From Octopus sinensis (lineage: Eukaryota): a stretch of DNA of 64,000 nucleotides. The notes under the pieces are model-generated. The model saw only the letters and a program-made list of their open reading frames with translations, had not been told where the DNA came from and did no database searches. A program made the translations under genes and the position numbers. Numbering within the stretch: position 1 is the stretch's first letter; the number at the start of each line of letters is the position of its first letter. The stretch is taken from contig NW_021836144.1 of the NCBI RefSeq assembly GCF_006345805.1, positions 113,822 to 177,821 of the forward strand. The letters are read 5' to 3'. Below, one piece after another: positions 42,092 to 54,189 of the stretch.

Positions 42092-45000
42092 AATGCATGC
42101 ACACACCATATAAATACAGAGACATACACTAATACTTGTATACATAAACACAATTATCTATGCATGCACACACCCAATTATATAAATATATACATACACT
42201 TACACACATATACATATACACATGTATGCAAGTATATGTAGATGTATATATGTACACACACGCTCATACAAGCCCACGTATATATGCTTTTACTGATTCA
42301 GTCATTGGACTAGAGCCATAAACACATACTGATTAGTTGATTAAGCAATTGATGTCAGTGATTATATACTATAAATATGACAAGTTTGTTAGTATATTAT
42401 CGTTATTTAATTAGTAGTCTTTGTCCATTTAAAGAATTATTCAGGACAGGAATAATCTATATTTTGCCAGGTCAATTCATTAAAAAGAGAATGTAATTTT
42501 AACAAAATGGGGTAATATATCCGTCTATAGGATTACCACACAGACTTAAAACCAGATAAATTCTTACACTCTCTTTCTCGTAAACAGTCAAATTGAATAA
42601 TTAAGAACAGAGAATCATAAATATCGAAAACACTTCAAAAGAGAATTTTCAAAGACATATGCTTTGGGTAACATAATATTTTCTGGAAATATCCTCACAC
42701 AGATATAATAAACTGAGATTTTCTTAAAAGAATTATAAACTTGACAAAATGAAAAGATTTGACAAGAGAAATTACACTTTGTTTGTGGTTGTGTGAGTGA
42801 ATTATTCAAAAGATATATAATTTTATGATGAGAAATTATTTTTAAACTCAAGAAGAGTGTACTTTAATTTTGGTTTTACTGGAGGAATCAAAATCTGAAA
42901 GCTGTTAAATTTGCTCTTCAAAGGTTTGTGGCCAATTTGTAATACAAAATATTTATACACAACACAGGATAAATCAGAATTACTGCAATAATTTTAGAAA
43001 TCATAAGCCTTATAGCGTATCAATAAACATACTCATTCTATACTATTGAAATATGAAAAAAAAAAACAAAAAAAAACTAAAGCGGATTTCCAAATGCACA
43101 ATACGGCATAAATCAAAAGAATTTTTGAAATATTATATAAAAAATGAACTTCATTATTCATTGTTGAATTAGAATAAAAATATAAGCGTATTCCTTTGAT
43201 ACTATTAGCATGGAAAAAAAATGAAGTTTCCTGACAGACTATTTCACAATTTGTTGATCTTTCCTCAGAGGATGTACCCATCTTCTTTTCCCAATCAAAT
43301 GGAATAATTAAGATTGGTGTGTCTTAAATATTGAAACCACTTAAAAATAAAAGTTTTCTATTCCTATAAACACAGTTTTGAGAGATAAATATTTTGGCCA
43401 GTATAATACTTGTCTATATTTAAATACACTAAATGTAAGAACGTGAAATTTTCAAAAAATATTTACCAAGTTTATGAAAGCAGAAAAGTTAACTGTTGAA
43501 ACTGAACTGGGTTGTCTAGAGAATTATGTAAATAAAGATATATATTCATCCAATAGGTAGATATTGGTATGATCTAACTTTGGTTTTGCTGAAGAAGTAT
43601 TAGACTCAGCATCAAAATCTAGAAGTTGTATCTGCGTTTCAAGAACTCATGCCAAATAGTGATATGATCAGGTAGCATTATATGAAATATTTATGCCCAA
43701 CACAGTGTAAATCAGAACTGGGGTAATTTTTAATATTATAAAACCTCACTGTGTATTAAAAATACTATAAATACATTCACTCAACAGTACTGAAATGGGG
43801 AAACATGAGGGGAGTCTCTTGCCAAAATATTTCATTGTTTGTTGACCACTCCTCAGAAAACATACCTATCTTCCTTCCTCAGTGACAAGCAAGAAATAAC
43901 TGCTTTTCAGCAGTTACAAATTGCTGTAGTACATTAGCACATAGTTTAATTTGCACACTTGTGTTTTTGACAGCTCATCATTAATGTGTTTACATACATT
44001 TTCTTACTTAACTTACAGTGAGACTTTGAAATATTAAAATTTACTTCAATTCTTCTGATTATGTTTGTGCTGTGCATAAATAGCTAATGACAAACTACAA
44101 GAAAACCCCCAACAAAAGTGCAAATTACACTATCCAGTCATGTTCTCACCTAATTAATGACAAGTTTATTTATAAGCAGCTGATCTATACAACTTAAGAG
44201 TTTACTTTAAGTTTAACCACAACTTAACAGAACTACCATACTTGAAATATGTGAAAGTTTTTAAATAATGTTGGATATTCTAAAAACTATTAATTCAAGT
44301 TGTCTAAAATTCAAAGCTAGAAAATGTTAATTCATATTATGTAAAATAACACAATGAGTAACTCATTCATTATATCACCCATCAGAATTAATATCAGTAT
44401 ATTCATCACAGAACATATCTCCAAAGTGAAATATGTATCTTGAAATATTATGGACTGATCATTGCTATTATGAAAATAGTTATCAAACATTACTTTGCTT
44501 TTGTATCTGGTTTGCAAGCTTCTTTATGTGAATTTGTGTGTTGAAACAATTTTTTTTGCGGCTAGAAAGAGTCATTATGCCAATATTATCAACACATGCA
44601 CTGGTTCAATGACAAATAATAAAGGAGTAGAACTGAACCAGTGTGTGTATTAATAATATTGTATAATGACTCTCTCTAGACAACAAATAAATTTATACTG
44701 AGAATATGGTTTCAGTATCAGACTTTACACTTATATTGTTGTTTAGTCAATTCTTAGCTGAAAATTTAATGTGGAAATAATTGCAAAAATATATCCTTAC
44801 CATTAAAGCTATCAGAAATCACAAATCCGTCTGTAAAAGACAAAAATAAATATCGTTAAAAACATTATCTATGTTACATTACATATTAATTTTAAAACAA
44901 GTAGTAACAATAATTTTTTTCTTAATTTTTATGGGTTGGGAATGCAGGCATCATTGCCTCTCTCCTGTCATTATTTTCTAGTTTCTATCAGTTTTTATTT

Positions 45001-45149
45001 GCATTTCTTCAATGAAGAGCCATTCATAAACTAAGTCTTGCATTATTGTGCATGATGGGTTGTTACTTTTTCCTCTTTTTTTTCACACAGTAAAGAACTG
45101 GTATGTTAGCATTAAAGTAGGATAGTTGGATGTTAAAGACCTTTAACAA

Positions 45150-45565
45150 ATTGGTGCAAATCAAACTTACATAAGTAAGATATAAGTAGTAGTGAACCCA
45201 GAACATCCAAAATCAGATGAAGACAGGATTTGTCTCCTAAGAAAAATATGTGGAAGAAGCCTGATACAGCTCAAACAATCCTTCAAATCAGCAATAATAA
45301 GCCTCGAAACATACCTTAAAACAACAGGTGATGTGCTCTTATGAACTGCAATGAAGCATGAAGATTCCAAGCAAGCTTCAGTCACAAAGCTTAGTAAGAA
45401 ATTTAAAAAGTCTCTTGGACCTATAAGTTAACAATAAGAATGACCAAAGACACCCAAATACTGACAGACCTACCATTGTTTCTCCTGATTTAGAAATTAA
45501 CAATCAGAAAGACCAACAAGATACAAATAGTGACAAACCTATCATTGATGCAAAAAACAGTAAAT
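45150..45565 (+). mobile_element. R4/Dong-type LINE fragment (post-RT region)
   Basis: HPKSDEDRICLLRKICGRSLIQLKQSFKSAIISLETYL matches the HPKxxxxRxYxxRxxGGRGL motif of RLE-type LINEs. Confidence 0.65.
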
Positions 45566-46039
45566 GTTGATCCTTTCACCTGCATGATTTTCACTAAGAA
45601 AAAAACAAACTTGGATTATTTGCATGGAATCAAGTACTCAGATCTCCTAATATGCTGCAAACTCCTTATTTTTGTTTGAAAAAAAAGAGGGAGGGTCCCC
45701 ATATCTCAGAATCATTGGGAATTTTTTTTTTCCATTGACTGAATTCCAGTGACCTCCTAATATGCTACAAAATCCTTTTGGAGGTTTGGAAAATGGGGTA
45801 AAGTGGGATGGAACCTGCAGAAATTTCATCCCACCCCATTTTCAAATATTTTTTGCTATTTCTTCCTTTAGCTATAATTTCAGGTAACATTTTGCAGAAA
45901 TATATTTTCAAGAGAGTGTGGATTACATTAGATTAAAAATTCAAAGAATTTTGAAATGAAAAAGTGAAAATGCAGAGGTTATAGAAGTTACAGTGGTACC
46001 GAAGTCAGTGGGGAAATAAAGAACAAAGTATAATTAATC

Positions 46040-46869
46040 TAAAAAAAAACATGTTAGTTTGTGTATGTATATGAAACAAGTAAAAATATCAAGTTTTGTT
46101 ATTGCAGTACAAGATCAGAACTTACCTACCAGAAACTACCATGCAAATGTCCTTAAAGATGGATCTGACCCGTTATGTAGAATTTGTGGAAAATTCACAG
46201 AGACAATCGATGATGTTGTTTCTGACTGCCCAGTCGTCACTGAAAAGGAGTACCTGATAAGACATGACAGACTAGGGCTGTACATCTACTGGAATTCTTG
46301 TAAATACTACAAAATTTAATCCCATGATAAATGGTACAGGTACCATCCAGAGGAAGTAGTAAATGGTGAGGGTGTCACCATCATTTGGAACTTCCCAATA
46401 CAAACAGACCAAAAAATTGACTAATCGACCAGACATTGTGATCAAGGACTACAACAGAGGAACTTGTCTGTTAATAGATATGTCTGTCCCTCAAGATCAA
46501 AATGTCTCAAGAAAGGAATATAAAAAGCTTCCTCACTATAAAGATCTGCAAACTGAAATCACAAAAATGTGGAAGCTTAGTACTACGATAATACCAGTAG
46601 TAATTGGTGTGTTGTGACTGATAAAGAAGGTAGCTGAGAAGTATATTAAGCCCCTCCCTGGTAACTCCGAAAGATAACCTTGATGGGTACAGCCCATATA
46701 CTATGGAAAGCACTTTCCATCTAAAATGGAATGATTGTGGTGATAATTTTAGCATGCATAGCAAAACAAAAACGCCCTTGCTACTTCAGGCCGCCAGAAG
46801 ATGCCTGGTATTAAGGCAGCTAAATGAAGTAATAATGAAAGGAAACCATAAATGACGATGATAATAATA

Positions 46870-46909
<40 letters not shown>
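46040..46909 (+). mobile_element. R4/Dong-type LINE 3' end (CCHC knuckle, restriction-like endonuclease, (TAA)n)
   Basis: CRICGKFTETIDDVVSDC, KEYLIRHD, NRPDIVIKD...LLIDMSVPQD...KKLPHYKDL, then a 3' UTR and (AAT)n at 46858-46909. Confidence 0.88.
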
Positions 46910-47126
46910 GTGATGGCTAGAAGTATATTGAGTTCTTCATAACCAGCTGATCTAGCAAGCGGGGCCTCATATCAGTGAGGGGGGCCGGTGCGCACTGATG
47001 CCGTTCAGAGGTAGGCCCCGAAACGGCGTGCATTTTCTCCTGATGACCCCATACACTTGCTAGCTTCTGGTATACGGAGCTTTTAACTGGTAGCACTTGC
47101 ATGTGCAAGTTGTTTGCAAGACATAG
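46910..47126. other. GC/CpG-rich structured element embedded between TAA tracts; function unknown
   Basis: Several nested and crossing complementary segments, flanked by (AAT)n on both sides. See findings. Confidence 0.5.
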
Positions 47127-48165
47127 AATAATAAACTGTTTTCAGTCCTTACTGAAGCTGACAAATAAATACTGGAAAGAAGTCATAGTACCTAACAACT
47201 ATGAAGAAAAAGAAGAAACAACAAAAGTTGTAAAACAACTGAAATCCAAACTAAAACTGGAAAAGCAATGGATCATGATAAAATGATGGTAAGAAAGGCC
47301 CCATCATGGCAGATATTGGGTGAAACTAAAGAGAAAAGAAATAGACAAAGCAAAATTCTAACAATGGCTGAGAAGCTCAGGACTCAAAGCAGAGACTGAA
47401 GGATTTTTAATTACAGCATGAAATCAAAACCTTCCCACCAGAAATTACCAAAAACATGTACTGAAAAGAAATATGAGTAACTGCAGAATATGTGCAGATA
47501 GAGAAGAACCAATAAATCATATTGTCTCTAGCTGCCTAGTCCTGGCTAAGAAGGAATATATTCACAGACACGACAGAGTTGGGACCCATATACGTTGGAA
47601 GATATGCCAACACTATGGAAATAACAACAGAAAAAAGATGGTATAGGCACATGCCAGAAAAGGTCACAGAAAATGAGAAAGCAACCATACTCTGGGATAT
47701 GCCAATACACACAAATAGAGAAATTAAGGCTAATATGCTTGACATGGTTGTCAGAGAATCCAAGCAAAAAAAAAAATGCTTTCTAACTGATGTATCAATA
47801 CCAGCAGATGACAATGTTTCTCTAAAAGAAACGGACAAACATTCAAAATACAAAAATCTGGAAATAGAGGTAACTTGAATGTAGAGTCTAAAAACAGGAA
47901 CAATTCTTATCATAGTAGGTGCATTAGGTATGACAAAAAAATATTCAGACAGATACAGAGCAAAAACACTAAGACTAACAAGTATGCATAACATACAGAA
48001 AATAGCACTACTAGGCACTGCACACATCCTCCGTAAAACACATTCGATACAGTAAAAATAAGAGCATCACAACAAACCACAGCATACACCCACATCACAC
48101 AGAGCTGCACTCAATAGTGCAGCGAAAACACATGATAAAAATAAGACTACTGAATAATAATAATA
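47127..48165 (+). mobile_element. Second R4/Dong-type LINE 3' end from a different subfamily
   Basis: LRSSGLKAETEGF, CRICADREEPINHIVSSC, KKEYIHRHDRVG, ENEKATILWDMPIHTNREIKAN, KIALLGTAHILRK, then a 3' UTR and aataataataat. Confidence 0.9.
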
Positions 48166-49305
48166 GTAAACAGCAAAATACAGTAGATGCAAGAATCAAT
48201 ATATATGAAATAGGGACAATCTCTGTTAAAAGGAAATGTTACTAGCCTTCATTTATGTCCTGAACCTATTGAAAGGATGGCAAGTTTTTATTATCTACTT
48301 TAATAGTATATAAACAGTTAGAGATCAAAGGAAGCATAGTTATTTCACAGGTTCTTTTACGGTAAAACAAATATTTTCATACAGCTAAATCAGTATGTTG
48401 CATGGCAGTACATGTCATGATATTCCTTTCTAAACAAATATTTGGAATCATCTAATTGACTATTCATTTGTTTTCATCTGGGGATTTATTTAAGGTTACT
48501 GCTTCAGCTAAATGTTGTTCATGAAGGGCATAACGAGAATAAAAAGAAGCCATACACCAATTACAATATCATGCCCTAATACACTTTCACACTCAGGGGA
48601 CAGATTTTCTAAGTAAATATAAGAAAAGAATATTAAATGAAAAAGAACAAGACATAACAAATACTCTATGAAGAGGGAAAATAAAGCATCAATCCAAGAA
48701 GGAATATTTCCCCAAATATATTTTATATTTAGAAAGTATTTGTTTATTATTTTTTCAATGCATATTTTTACTGATACAGAAGAAAATAATTCATCCATTT
48801 TATAAGAACAATGGATATAGATATAAATTTCTTTTCCAAACATAATATAGTTGTATTGCCTAAAAACATGTCAGACCATTTGTGTTAACCACATACAACC
48901 TTTGCAGATTATATTAAATCTTCTAAATTTACAGCAAGGTTGAAGCGTAACACTTCAAATCTCAATCATTTATTAAATAGTTTTCTTTAAAGAAGGTTAG
49001 TGCTAAGATCAGCTTTAAACAATGTTACAGCTAAGATCAGCCACTCCTTTCTTCCCCCAATGGATTGTCACTAAAATATCACAGCTTCACTGTGATCTTA
49101 TCAGAAATAAAAGCAGAGAGAGTGTGTTGAAATGCTTTTGTACAATAAATTATGCAATAAGTGCTATTATACATGACACTATTTTTATATTTTGTTGACA
49201 GTCTCAGAATGAAAAATAAAATGAAAAAAAAAAACAGAACCTATGTGATTCCAGATCATTTTTATAAGCATTTCTCACAAAAGCTAAGATCATTTTTCCT
49301 TTTAG

Positions 49306-49328
49306 ATCTGACATTCGCGATGTAAAAG
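49306..49328 (+). CDS. Candidate 23-nt micro-exon (SDIRDVK)
   Basis: Acceptor catttttccttttag and donor AAG|gtaagc. Contains CGCG, which is unusual in this background. Confidence 0.3.
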
Positions 49329-49775
49329 GTAAGCTATATTAACTTTGAATCTGAAACTGAAAGAAACATTTCAAAATGTTCAATACAAAAATAGAATATT
49401 GATTTCTTACATTACCACAAAGGTATGTGAAGAGTATATTTATTTCACTCAACTTCATGATATTATTGGCACTTACATGATTCATCCCAGAAAGATAAAA
49501 TTCAAAGCTGATCCAGCCATATTTGATCACAGGTTTAATGTAAGGTGAAGGTAAAATTTTTCAAGGCATTCTATCCACATAACACCTTTGCTTTTGACAA
49601 GTCATTACTCTAAGTAAAATAGAAAATTAAAGATACGCACATTTTGTTTTTAGCACTAAAATATGTCTATTCAGAAAGTTGCCATTTATCACAAATCATT
49701 TGTATTTATTTGTATATACATCTTTGTGACAATATATATTTAAGTGAGATACAAACATTATCCATGTCATTTAAA

Positions 49776-49988
49776 TAATAATAATAATCCTTACTATAGG
49801 TAAAAGGCTTGGATTTTAGGGAGCCAATTACATCAACCCCAGTGCTCAAAAGGTAGTTACTTTACTGACCCAAAAAGGATGAAAGGCAAAGTTGACCAGA
49901 GCGAAATTTGAATGCAAAACATGAAGATGGACAAAACACAGCTAAGTATTATGTCTGACATGTCAACAATTCTGCCAACTCACTGCCA
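49776..49988 (-). mobile_element. Degraded 6917-family SINE
   Basis: caaccccagtgctc...aaggatgaaaggcaaagttgacc...tttgaa...ttctgccaactcactgcc. Confidence 0.7.
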
Positions 49989-50089
49989 TAATAATAAAAA
50001 TCTGAAAAAAAAAATTTCCATGTAGCAATTCAAATTTTCTCATCAATACATACATATGTGTGTGTGCATATATGATGGACTCTCCCATT

Positions 50090-50372
50090 AAAGACGACAT
50101 ATGAACGTTCAGCTTTTGTTAAACAGCCTGCGCAAATGATTTGTTTATGGTGATCAAAAGTTCATGTTGCACACTATCTCACTCTCTCCATCAAATTGAC
50201 CTTCCCTGAGCAGGTGAATGGTGTACCACAGATCAGGTGTCAAAGTGATCGCAGAACAATGTGAGGTGAAGTGTTTTGCCCGAGAACACAATGCATCACC
50301 TGGTCTAGGATTTGAAATCACAATTGCTAGATCATGAGTGCAACACCCTAACCACTAAGCCATGCACCTCAC
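50090..50372 (-). mobile_element. tRNA-derived SINE of a third family
   Basis: The minus strand starts gtgaggtgcatggcttagtggttagggtg (A-box), followed by a B-box-like tttcaaatcc and a CORE-like gtgttctcgggcaaaacacttc. Confidence 0.7.
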
Positions 50373-50387
50373 TATATATATATATAT

Positions 50388-50772
50388 AGGAGTGGCTGTG
50401 TGGTAAGTAGCTTGCTAACCAACCACATGGTTCTGGGTTCAGTCCCACTGTGTGGCATCTTGGGCAAGTGTCTTCTGCTATAGCCCTGGGCCGACCAATG
50501 CCTTGTGAGTGGATTTGGTAGACGGAAACTGAAAGAAGCCTGACGTATATATGTATATATGTGTATGTGTTTGTGTGTCTGTGTTTGTCCCCCTAGCATT
50601 GCTTGACAACCGATGCTGGTGTGTTTACGTCCCCGTCACATAGCAGTTTGGCAAAAGAGACCGATAGAATAAGTACTGGGCTTACAAAGAATAAGTCCCG
50701 GGGTTGATTTGCTTGACTAAAAGCGGTGCTCCAGCATGGCCACAGTCAAATGACTGAAACATGTAAAAGAGT
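50388..50772 (+). mobile_element. Near-intact tRNA/CORE-type SINE
   Basis: A-box-like tggctgtgtggtaag, B-box-like ggttcagtccc, CORE-like cttgggcaagtgtctt, a central TA/TG microsatellite and 3' end caaatgactgaaac..aagagta. Flanked by (TA)n on both sides. Confidence 0.9.
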
Positions 50773-51529
50773 ATATATATATATATATATATATATACTG
50801 TACAGAGGCCTGATTTACATGTATATGTGCGTGCACTTGCATATGCAATGGTATTTTGATTACTAGCTTTAAAAAACTAGTCCAGTGTCAAAAAGCTTAA
50901 AATCTTGATTCAACAAATATAGGTCAATATAATAAGTATCAGACTGAAAAATGCTTTGGGGTCTAGATGATCATAGTCTAACGATTGAAACTTGTAAAAG
51001 AAATGTATGTACTGCATTCTTCATCAGTCTCTATGATCAGCATCCTGTTGTTCAACCAACTGAACGCCAGAAATGTGTAAATTTAATACAGTTCGTAGAC
51101 TGAATGAGTTTGCCACAAAGTGTCAAAGCTGAACCATCTAGTTACTTGTAAACTGCACAAGAAAAAATAAAGAGGGAAAAGGTGAAGGACTGATGTAACA
51201 TGGCCTCAATGAAGTTGTGGTCAATGTTAAAAAAATCGCAAAGAGACAGAACAATTGTCACAGAGCATCTCTCTCCAGTACATGCACTCATAATGAAAAC
51301 AACCAACAAATTATTTCATTCTTTACATACATTTTCGTAACACCTTAGTAGTAACAATTACTTGTATAGTTAAGCAAAGATATTGAAAACTGCCTATAAG
51401 GAATTACTCGGACTATGACAACCTAACCAACCTACACTCACAAATGTAAAAAATGATGATAAATAATTAAATCAATTGTTACTTAATAACTCTGTGTATG
51501 TGTGTGTGTGTGTGTGTGTGTGCACATGC

Positions 51530-51625
51530 ACGCATCATGTTTCCATATAGTGAGCATCAACCAAAGTCAGTTCCATGCAGTGGAACTGAACCTGAATCCA
51601 TATGGTTGGGAAGCAAACTTAATAA
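51530..51625 (-). mobile_element. Degraded head of the 50388-family SINE
   Basis: ccatgcagtggaactgaacctgaatccatatggttgggaagcaaactt is the reverse complement of the family head. Confidence 0.55.
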
Positions 51626-51669
51626 TATACCATATATAATTTTAAAGGAACGATTTAAAAAAAAAAATT

Positions 51670-51790
51670 TGGTACAAGGTTAGCGATTTTGAGGGGTCAA
51701 TTACATCGACCCCCAGTACATAACTGGCACTTATTTTATAGGCCCTGAAAGGATGAAAGGGAAACTCAACCTCAGTGGAATAATTCTAAT
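51670..51790 (-). mobile_element. Degraded 6917-family SINE fragment
   Basis: acatcgacccccagtacataactggcacttatttta...gaaaggatgaaaggg..caacctc. Confidence 0.65.
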
Positions 51791-54189
51791 TCATTATGAT
51801 CTGAGTTCAAAGCACTCTTTTTGACACTAACAATTCTTCCAGCTTGCAACATTGAGGAACTAATTTTAGTAACATTTTAAAATGCTTACTGCTGAAAAAA
51901 AAATTAGTTAACAGGAGTTTTTTCATGTTCCAGACTGTGGCTCACCCAATAAAGAAGCCACTATTTCTGAGTTCTTTCCTATTATCAGACTTAGTATGAA
52001 TAACAACAACTATTAAATATCCAATTAAAAATTACATATGTTACTGAGTATAGTTGTCCTTCCATATGCCATTTCTTATTCCTTTTTAGAAGAGATATGA
52101 CAAGTATATTTTATATTTCTCTCCAGAGTATCATTCACTTTTCTTTTCTTCTTTCTTTTTTTTTTTTACCAAATCCTATATTTCTAAAAACGAAAACAAA
52201 TATAAAATTGAAGTTCTGAATGACTGACTTAGCAACAAGCAGGCACATACACATGCAGAGCATTACTTTCCTCCAATGAACATTCAGCTGAAAGTAATCA
52301 AATATGAATAAGTTTTATTGATTTTCAAGTTATTTTCCTTCCATTGTCAAGTTAAATTCAAATCACTGTTCTGTTGAGCATCTCTACAGTTATGGAGGTA
52401 ACTGGCACTTTATATATTAGTTTTTAATTCCACAAGCTCAAATCTATTGTTGAATGGAAATAATAAAAGAAAATATTTTGTGCATGCGCATACACACAGT
52501 CTCACTGGTACATATGCACATATCTACACACACACACATGCATACATGTGCGTGTGTGTGTGTGGTGTGTTGAAACATTCCAATTTCAGTAATAATATCC
52601 AAAAGCAATTATCTTTAAGCAGACAGTTTTCAGCAGTTTCCATCTCTTGCATAGAAGCTACAAACTTATGTTTTCATTTTCATTGATATCTTAATAAAGT
52701 ATGCATACATCTATACATGTATGAAATAAACATATCCTACTAGCCAATATTGTTGGTTAAAATAATACTACTTTTGTTCTGCTAATACATAAGGCATCTG
52801 ATATTTTAACTCATAAAAGGATAAATCCTATCCTCACATACACACATGCTATATGTATATATATATATATATATATATGAAAGTAGCTGAGTATCTGCTA
52901 TTACAGAAATCATTTTCTTCTTTGTCCCCACTTTTTTTTTTTTTTTTTTTCACCGCTATTAGTCCACACAATATTTTAGAAAAGAAATCTTCTGAAAAGA
53001 TAATCACTGCCTGGATAATATAATACTGAAAAAAAAAAAAATTAGTATAAATCTATCTATTGAGAAAATATGAGAGATGAATATTATTTGGATAAAAATA
53101 TAAATAACATTGATACCAAATGATAAAGAAAATTCTCTGAAATTACTCTCCACATGTATCAATTCTACAAAACTGTTCTTAATTCCATGATGCATTGTAT
53201 AATACAGTTTACAAAGTGAAATCAAGAAAATAAGATCATCTTTGTAGCATAATTGCTATATTTTTTTGTTATCTATATAGTTGGTTTTTAGCTTGATAAG
53301 TAAGAGTTCCTTTAATGTTTCTGAATAATTTAGTAAAAAGAAAGTAATTCTAAAATATTAGCAAGCTTATTTCAATATGACAGTCTTAAATTAAGTTTCC
53401 AGATTTACGATAGGTAAATGTTAATCAATTTCTCAGACTTGACATTAGGTTTAAGTCTGGAATGAAAATGATAATACAATTTGAATTATTTTTGTTCTTA
53501 GCATCGTAAAACTAAGTGCAAGAACTATATATCTTTACATATAATACTTGCACTTACTTTTTACATGTTAATATTGCACATGGCTTTAAAATAATCAGGA
53601 TATAATACTCTTGCACACCGACATGCAAATCTGTCATCAAAAGTACCCTTCTATGAACACTATACATCGTATATCTCTTCAATCAGCAGTTCTTTTCTGA
53701 AGAAAGAACTACCAAAAAATTCTCTGACCAACATCCAATATATTCTGGCGAGCTCTAAGATTGGTTCTGTCTGTAACATTCTTTTGTTTTATGGAAATAT
53801 GACTTGTAGATAATGCCCTATTTAAAACTTTGCGAATTGTCAACACTTAAGAATTATCCACCTACAATATAGATACACCACACCAAATCTACACAAATTT
53901 CATGGATAGCGACCTCAAAAACATCCTCCATTTAGGTATACTAGGCTTATATGCTTTAACAGCAGTAAAAAAGAGAAAAACACAAGCATCACACATTTGA
54001 AGGAAACTTCACAGAACTTCACCCTCCTGAAATATGATCAACATGCTAATTAAGCCATCATAATTGCTCCAAATGCTAGGGCCTCACAATCACCAAGAAT
54101 CTCATCTGAGGAATAAACATTTCTAACAGAGTAAATACCTGAATCTCAAAGACTAGCCTTTTTCTTGAGAGCCCCCAAAATACTCCAGC

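Noticed and set aside
46940-47060. HDV-like ribozyme reading of the structured element
   Set aside because: On neither strand can P3/L3 and P4 with the catalytic C be placed around the GGGGCCT/AGGCCCC helix.
50388-50450. tRNA genes at SINE heads (also 7144, 11485, 50372)
   Set aside because: A/B boxes are present, but there is no closed cloverleaf or acceptor stem and each runs into a SINE body.
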